From assembly GCA_045538425.1 (NCBI GenBank), contig JAZSRJ010000055.1, forward strand, positions 1 to 39,912: DNA of 39,912 bases, given 5' to 3'. Of the stretch, positions 33,244 to 39,912 are shown in pieces. The DNA comes from Clostridia bacterium (GTDB taxonomy: Bacteria > Bacillota > Clostridia > Christensenellales > UBA1242). The notes under the pieces are model-generated. The model had not been told where the DNA came from. It saw nothing but the letters and a program-made list of their open reading frames with translations, and did no database searches. Made by a program: the position numbers and the translations under genes. Position 1 is the stretch's first letter. The number at the start of each line of letters is the position of its first letter.

Positions 33244-34200
33244 TTAGATAGTATCCAACATAAAATCTACAAGATCTTCATCATCACTCTTATTTTCTTC
33301 TTCAACATCTTGACATAACATATCCAACAACTCTTCATCCCAATCTATTGTATATTCTGTTTGTTGGTTGCGTTGTTGTTCTGCAATAATATTATCCATA
33401 CTGATGGTTTCAAAATATTTTTCGATATTTTGTCCAAAAGACTCAGCAATACTACGAGAATACATTTGGGTTATTGTATCACCATAGCGCAAAGATATAA
33501 TCCCTGTCATCATGGTTTCGATATCTGTTTTGATTTTGTCTACCAATGTGATTGGCATAGCAGATTCTATCATGTGCACCAATTGTGGAATGGTCATATC
33601 ATCTTCATAATCAATCCCCAACTCTTCACAATAATTGATCAACTTCCATCTGTATTTTTCAAGATAAATAATGATAGATGCATCAGGTATCATTGGTTGT
33701 CCCTCTTCATCTAACAAACATTGTTGATCTTGGTATTGCAATACATATTGTGTTGTAAGCCCTTGTTGATCGCTTTTTTGTTTTGTGATGTATTGACATT
33801 CATGTTTACCCAACAATACACTTATACTAGAAGTTGTTTCGTAAGATTCTAATCCATCATCATAAGTATAACTTTCTGTGTAGACTCTAGTGCAATTTTC
33901 TTTTTTTACAACTTGTTCTAGATAATGATTGTACACATTGGTATCTATATTATAGGTGATCAGTCCTGCATCTCCGTTATCTACCAACATGGTGACTCCC
34001 GTTTCATCACCCAAAGACTCAAGACTTTTTTCTCCATTGTCCATAACGGCTGCATACAACTTGTTAAGATATGGCTCCATTCTCACAATTTTGTCATTGG
34101 TTTTGTATTCTTCAATAGACGAACATTCGATAGCAAGATCTCCTGCAAGTCCAAAATAATCGAAATTGGAAAATAAAATATCAGGTTTTTGTTGTTTCAT
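33244..34200 (-). CDS. hypothetical acidic protein (paralog B)
   Basis: 318 aa with an AAGGAAGGA SD. It is collinear with paralog A in several blocks (B / A): MKQQKPDILFSNFDY / MEKYQPQPLFNVENY; ITYNIDTNVYNHY / IHYNRNNKCYEHI; YTESYTYDDGLESYETTS..GLTTQYVLQYQDQ / YQESYINNNGKEEYTITS..GKTTKQYFISYQNQ. Confidence 0.7.
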   Translation of the reverse strand: MKQQKPDILFSNFDYFGLAGDLAIECSSIEEYKTNDKIVRMEPYLNKLYAAVMDNGEKSLESLGDETGVTMLVDNGDAGLITYNIDTNVYNHYLEQVVKKENCTRVYTESYTYDDGLESYETTSSISVLLGKHECQYITKQKSDQQGLTTQYVLQYQDQQCLLDEEGQPMIPDASIIIYLEKYRWKLINYCEELGIDYEDDMTIPQLVHMIESAMPITLVDKIKTDIETMMTGIISLRYGDTITQMYSRSIAESFGQNIEKYFETISMDNIIAEQQRNQQTEYTIDWDEELLDMLCQDVEEENKSDDEDLVDFMLDTI

Positions 34201-34225
34201 TTTGTCCTTCCTTTTTGCTGTTATT

Positions 34226-34254
34226 AGTATACCATATCAGTATCATAATTGCAA
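34226..34254 (-). promoter_or_regulatory. near-consensus sigma-A promoter of acidic paralog B
   Basis: The minus strand reads TTGCAA (34254-34249), a 17-nt spacer, then TATACT (34231-34226), with an extended TG. Confidence 0.55.
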
Positions 34255-34309
34255 TAGTCCAACCCCAAAATGATGGTATGTATGACATCTATCATCCAAT
34301 TGTCACACT

Positions 34310-34340
34310 AAAAAAGAAAGGAACTAGCCTTTCTTTTTTG
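34310..34340 (-). terminator. intrinsic terminator of gyrA
   Basis: AGAAAGG (34315-34321) pairs with CCTTTCT (34328-34334) around a 6-nt loop, flanked by A and T runs. Confidence 0.65.
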
Positions 34341-34349
34341 TATCATCTA

Positions 34350-36887
34350 TTAAAATTCGTCTTTTGTACCAGCATTGGTGTCCACTTCAAAATCAAGTTC
34401 TTTTTTCACTTCTTCGATAGACTCGTCACTCTCAATCACTTCAATATCTTCTTCTTTTGGAGCAATAGCAACACACACTATTTTTGCTGTGTTCTTAAGT
34501 TTCATAACTTTGACACCTTTGGTGTTACGTCCAATAAGACTAATTTCCTTAGCAGGGGTTCTTACTGTTGTACCATCGTCTGCAATCATAATAATATCAT
34601 CATCAAGGGTGACCTGTTTTAGATTGACAAGATTACCAGTTACTTCGTTGAAGATACCAGCTTTAACACCTTTACCACCACGTCCTTGGACTTTGTATTC
34701 TTCTGGACTAGATAGTTTTCCATATCCGTATTCACTAACAGTGAGCATGTATTTTTCTGGATCAACAATAGACATATCTACAAGATATTCTTTGTCACTG
34801 AGATCCATAGATTTTACACCTTGGGTATCACGACCAAGACTTCTTAGTTGTGCTTCTTCAAAACGGATACATTTTCCTTCACTGCTTGCCATAATCACTT
34901 GGTCATGACCACTGGTATGGTATACAGCAATAAGTTCGTCTTCATCTGTTAGTTTGATGGCAATCTTACCATTCTTATTGATACGAGCATATTCTTCAAT
35001 CTTTGTCTTTTTAATAAGACCTTTCTTGGTAGCCATAACTAGATTACCTTCGGTCATATTGATTGCTGGAATAATCGTATTGATACGTTCGTCACTCTCT
35101 AAGTTGAGTAGGTTGACCATCGCACGACCTTTTGCTTGTTTTTGTGCTTCAGGGATTTCGTATGCTTTGATGGTATACACTTTTCCCTTACTGCTAAAGC
35201 ACATAAGTTCATCATGACTAGAACATACAAGCATAGACTCTACAAAGTCTTCTTCTTTTGTTTTGTGTGTCACAACACCCATTCCACCACGATGTTGTGC
35301 TTTGTATTCGCTTGCACTAATACGCTTAATATATCCAGTATGAGTCATAGAGATCACCACTGTCTCTTTAGGGATAAGGTCAGCAATATCAATATCACCA
35401 TAATCAATAGAGATTTCACTCTTTCTGTCTGTACCATATTTGTCAGCAATCACAGTAAGATCTCCTTTGATAATATCATCAATTTTTGCTGGACTATCAA
35501 GGATAGATTGCAATTCTGCAACAAGGGCTTTGACATTGGCAAGTTCTTCTTTGATTTTTTCAATTTCGAGACCAGTTAGTCTTTGCAATCTCATATCTAG
35601 GATAGCTTGTGCTTGTACTTCGTCTAGTGTAAATCTTGAAGTCAATTTTGCAATTGCATCTTGCTTGTCAGCACTTTCTTTAATAGTTGCAATCACTTCA
35701 TCAATGTTGGCAACAGCAATAGCAAGACCTTCTAAGATATGCAATCTTTGTTTTGCTTTATCCAATTCATATTGGGTACGACGAGTAATAAGTTGTCTTT
35801 GGTATCCAATGTATGAAGTAATAATCTCTTTCAAGTTGCATACTTTTGGTGTATTATCTACAAGACATAGTAGGATTGCACCAAAGCTAACTTGCAATTG
35901 CGTATGTTTGAATAAAGAATTAAGTACAACTTGAGGGTTGGCGTCTTTTTTGATTTCGATAACAAAACGCATACCTTCTCTATCTGACTCTTCTTTTAGT
36001 GCACTGATCCCGTCAATACGTTTTGTTTTGACAAGTTCTGCAATTTGTTGAATGAGTTTTTCTTTGATAACTTGGTAAGGAATTTCGGTAACGACAATAC
36101 GATATCTATTTTGTCCAAACTCTTCAATCTCTGTTCTGGCTCTAATCATAAAGCTACCTTTACCAGTAAGATATGCTTTTTTGATGCCAGCTTGTCCCAT
36201 AATAAGACCTTTGGTTGGGAAGTCTGGAGCAGGAATATATTTGATGAGTTCTTCAATCTCAATTTCTGGATTGTCGATCGTTGCAATCACAGCATTGGTT
36301 ACTTCACGCAAGTTGTGTGGCGGAATATTAGTTGCCATACCGACAGCAATACCGTCACTACCATTGACAAGTAGATTTGGAAATCTTCCTGGCAATACTT
36401 CTGGTTGCATTTCTGTACCATCGAAGTTAGGATAGAAGTCTACCGTATTCTTATCAATATCACGAAGCATTTCGTTAGCAATTTTACTTAGTCTTGCCTC
36501 AGTATAACGCATCGCTGCTGGTGGGTCACCATCAATACTACCGAAGTTACCATGACCATCTACAAGTGGTGCATTGATAGAAAAATCTTGTGCAAGACGA
36601 ACGAGTGCATCATAGATACTACTATCACCATGAGGGTGGTATTTACCCATACAGTCCCCAACAATACGAGCACATTTTTTGTACCCTTTATCGCTTGTAA
36701 GACCAAGTTCTCCCATAGAATAGAGGATACGACGGTGTACAGGTTTTAACCCATCTCTTACATCAGGTATGGCACGGCTAACATTAACTGCCATCGCATA
36801 GTTGATGAAAGAAGTCTCCATATCTTCTTTGATGGTTACCTTTTTCAATCTCTCTTCAAAAGTCAAATTATCGTTGTTTAGTTCCAT
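34350..36887 (-). CDS. gyrA: DNA gyrase subunit A
   Basis: 845 aa. [30 protein letters not shown] (QRDR) and [10 protein letters not shown] (active-site Tyr), followed by C-terminal beta-pinwheel repeats. Confidence 0.97.
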   Translation of the reverse strand: MELNNDNLTFEERLKKVTIKEDMETSFINYAMAVNVSRAIPDVRDGLKPVHRRILYSMGELGLTSDKGYKKCARIVGDCMGKYHPHGDSSIYDALVRLAQDFSINAPLVDGHGNFGSIDGDPPAAMRYTEARLSKIANEMLRDIDKNTVDFYPNFDGTEMQPEVLPGRFPNLLVNGSDGIAVGMATNIPPHNLREVTNAVIATIDNPEIEIEELIKYIPAPDFPTKGLIMGQAGIKKAYLTGKGSFMIRARTEIEEFGQNRYRIVVTEIPYQVIKEKLIQQIAELVKTKRIDGISALKEESDREGMRFVIEIKKDANPQVVLNSLFKHTQLQVSFGAILLCLVDNTPKVCNLKEIITSYIGYQRQLITRRTQYELDKAKQRLHILEGLAIAVANIDEVIATIKESADKQDAIAKLTSRFTLDEVQAQAILDMRLQRLTGLEIEKIKEELANVKALVAELQSILDSPAKIDDIIKGDLTVIADKYGTDRKSEISIDYGDIDIADLIPKETVVISMTHTGYIKRISASEYKAQHRGGMGVVTHKTKEEDFVESMLVCSSHDELMCFSSKGKVYTIKAYEIPEAQKQAKGRAMVNLLNLESDERINTIIPAINMTEGNLVMATKKGLIKKTKIEEYARINKNGKIAIKLTDEDELIAVYHTSGHDQVIMASSEGKCIRFEEAQLRSLGRDTQGVKSMDLSDKEYLVDMSIVDPEKYMLTVSEYGYGKLSSPEEYKVQGRGGKGVKAGIFNEVTGNLVNLKQVTLDDDIIMIADDGTTVRTPAKEISLIGRNTKGVKVMKLKNTAKIVCVAIAPKEEDIEVIESDESIEEVKKELDFEVDTNAGTKDEF

Positions 36888-36945
36888 TTTTTCTCTCCCA
36901 TAGTAGGATGTTTTTTATTTTATCTGTTAGATAGACGAGTGTCTA

Positions 36946-37683
36946 TTATATCGTCATTGTTTGTAATTCTATTACGTTTTCTTGTTTTGTTGTCTTCATC
37001 ACCTGTTGATGAATGTCAGCAACTGTTTTTTCTATCATAGGACGATAGATGTATTCATAAGGCATCTTAAAGATATTTTGATACTCTTGATGGACATACA
37101 TTGAGACTAATGCTCTTAGATTCCAATACCCTATTGGCATCGTATCTGGATATCCTAGTTGACGACTAAGGTATCCACCCAATATCTTCATCATTACTTG
37201 ATGTTTTTCTTGATCAAGTACAACATAGTCATCATACACTCTATCTGCTCTATAATACTCAGCATAATCTTTTTTACCTTCTCGGTAGATTAGATGAAAT
37301 ATTCCTGTGTCATACATAGAGATAATGACTTTGATATTGCCTGACTTTAATGTTTTGACAAACTTCCAAGCATATTCTTCCCCTACATAACGCGTCAAAT
37401 CTTTGTATTGTACACTATATTTTGGTTGGTCTGTTTCTAGATGAAAAACAAACTTTTTATCTTGATCCATCACTTCCACTGTTGTTGTGTCTTGTACCCA
37501 ATCTCGTGTGTATTTTGTTCCACTAGAATGTGTCGCAATCAAGTCTAATTCGTACTCGTATGTATACGCTCCTAGTTGTAATTTTGTATATAGTAGGTGA
37601 TCTAGTTGATTGTATCTTTTGTAACAAAGTGTATCATAGTTAGTTAAAAATTGTCTTACTTGTTGTTTGGTTAGTTGTTGCAT
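36946..37683 (-). CDS. hypothetical Tyr-rich protein encoded between gyrB and gyrA
   Basis: 245-aa ORF with a TAGGAG SD 7 nt upstream of ATG 37683. No terminator on either side. I recognise no family. Confidence 0.65.
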   Translation of the reverse strand: MQQLTKQQVRQFLTNYDTLCYKRYNQLDHLLYTKLQLGAYTYEYELDLIATHSSGTKYTRDWVQDTTTVEVMDQDKKFVFHLETDQPKYSVQYKDLTRYVGEEYAWKFVKTLKSGNIKVIISMYDTGIFHLIYREGKKDYAEYYRADRVYDDYVVLDQEKHQVMMKILGGYLSRQLGYPDTMPIGYWNLRALVSMYVHQEYQNIFKMPYEYIYRPMIEKTVADIHQQVMKTTKQENVIELQTMTI

Positions 37684-37752
37684 ATATTTCTCCTATTATT
37701 CTCATATTGTCTTTTTCTTTTGTGTCTTAATAGGAAAATTTTTCATTTGTTA

Positions 37753-37983
37753 TTAGATAGATAGAGTACTATCATCTGTTGTTGTACTAGGTGTCAATTG
37801 TTGTTTGATCTTCTCAATCAACATATCTTTTTGATCTTCATATTTTTTAGCATAATCTTCTTTTAAGAATGGAAGATATTGTTTTTCAATCGCTTGTGCT
37901 AAAGGTGCGATAATGGTTTCTAGATCGGTATATGGATCAACCTCAATTCCAAAAGTATTGAGTCTTTCTTTGATCGCCCCCAT
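37753..37983 (-). CDS. hypothetical small acidic protein encoded between gyrB and gyrA
   Basis: 76-aa ORF that fills the gap after gyrB. The sequence looks helical and charged (EKQYLPFLKEDYAKKYEDQKDMLIEKIKQQL). The SD is weak (GAAGAG, about 12 nt upstream) and there is no alternative in-frame start upstream. Confidence 0.4.
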   Translation of the reverse strand: MGAIKERLNTFGIEVDPYTDLETIIAPLAQAIEKQYLPFLKEDYAKKYEDQKDMLIEKIKQQLTPSTTTDDSTLSI

Positions 37984-38054
37984 AATGAATTGGTGCTCTT
38001 CTTGATTGATTTGGTTATATGAGTCTCTTACAGCACTATAGTTTTCCCTATATT

Positions 38055-39912
<1,858 letters not shown>

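Noticed and set aside
36600-36700. Fluoroquinolone-resistance substitutions in the gyrA QRDR
   Set aside because: The QRDR reads [19 protein letters not shown]. The positions equivalent to E. coli Ser83 and Asp87 are Ser and Asp, the wild-type-like state.
34375-36749. Plus-strand ORFs antisense to gyrA (34375-34908, 35136-35934, 36045-36435 and others)
   Set aside because: They are Ser/Ile-rich antisense frames of a canonical gyrA gene.

Overview
This is an AT-rich chromosomal segment of a low-GC, endospore-lineage Firmicute, shown by the yabP-yabQ-divIC-like trio and the pth-mfd block. It is probably origin-proximal, because gyrB and gyrA sit at the right edge.

About 85 percent of the coding capacity is on the minus strand, running leftward from gyrB.

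Minus-strand genes I am confident about, right to left:
- gyrB (partial, runs off the window) and gyrA
- enolase and a DegV-family protein
- a glycosylation operon: small-multidrug-export-like protein, GtrA, a GT2 polyprenyl-phosphate glycosyltransferase and YfhO
- two CPBP intramembrane proteases
- rlmH, tadA, a truncated GlmU-like protein, pth and mfd
- a PrsA/SurA-like lipoprotein and a flippase-like (LPG_synthase_TM) membrane protein
- yabP, yabQ and a DivIC-like protein
- an initiator tRNA-fMet

Plus-strand (head-on) genes are few:
- a 2246-aa S8 protease carrying about 20 MBG-type repeats
- a CvpA-like protein
- a degenerate SLOG/DUF1273-like protein
- a pair of paralogous coiled-coil/2-TM proteins

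I saw no CRISPR array, transposase, integrase or rRNA.

Most interesting observations:
1. gyrB and gyrA are separated by 1167 bp carrying two co-oriented unknown ORFs (76 and 245 aa) with no terminator between them. Two very acidic paralogous unknown genes lie immediately downstream of gyrA, each with its own near-consensus promoter and terminator.
2. A small accessory cassette (XRE regulator plus degenerate SLOG protein) is bracketed by a perfect 35-bp direct repeat that also serves as a terminator hairpin. Next to it is a strongly expressed 407-aa unknown protein whose N-terminus reminds me of GAP1-N2-type conflict-system proteins.
3. A GC-rich structured element of unknown class lies at the left edge beside the tRNA.

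All functional calls come from reading the translations and motifs by eye. No database search was run.
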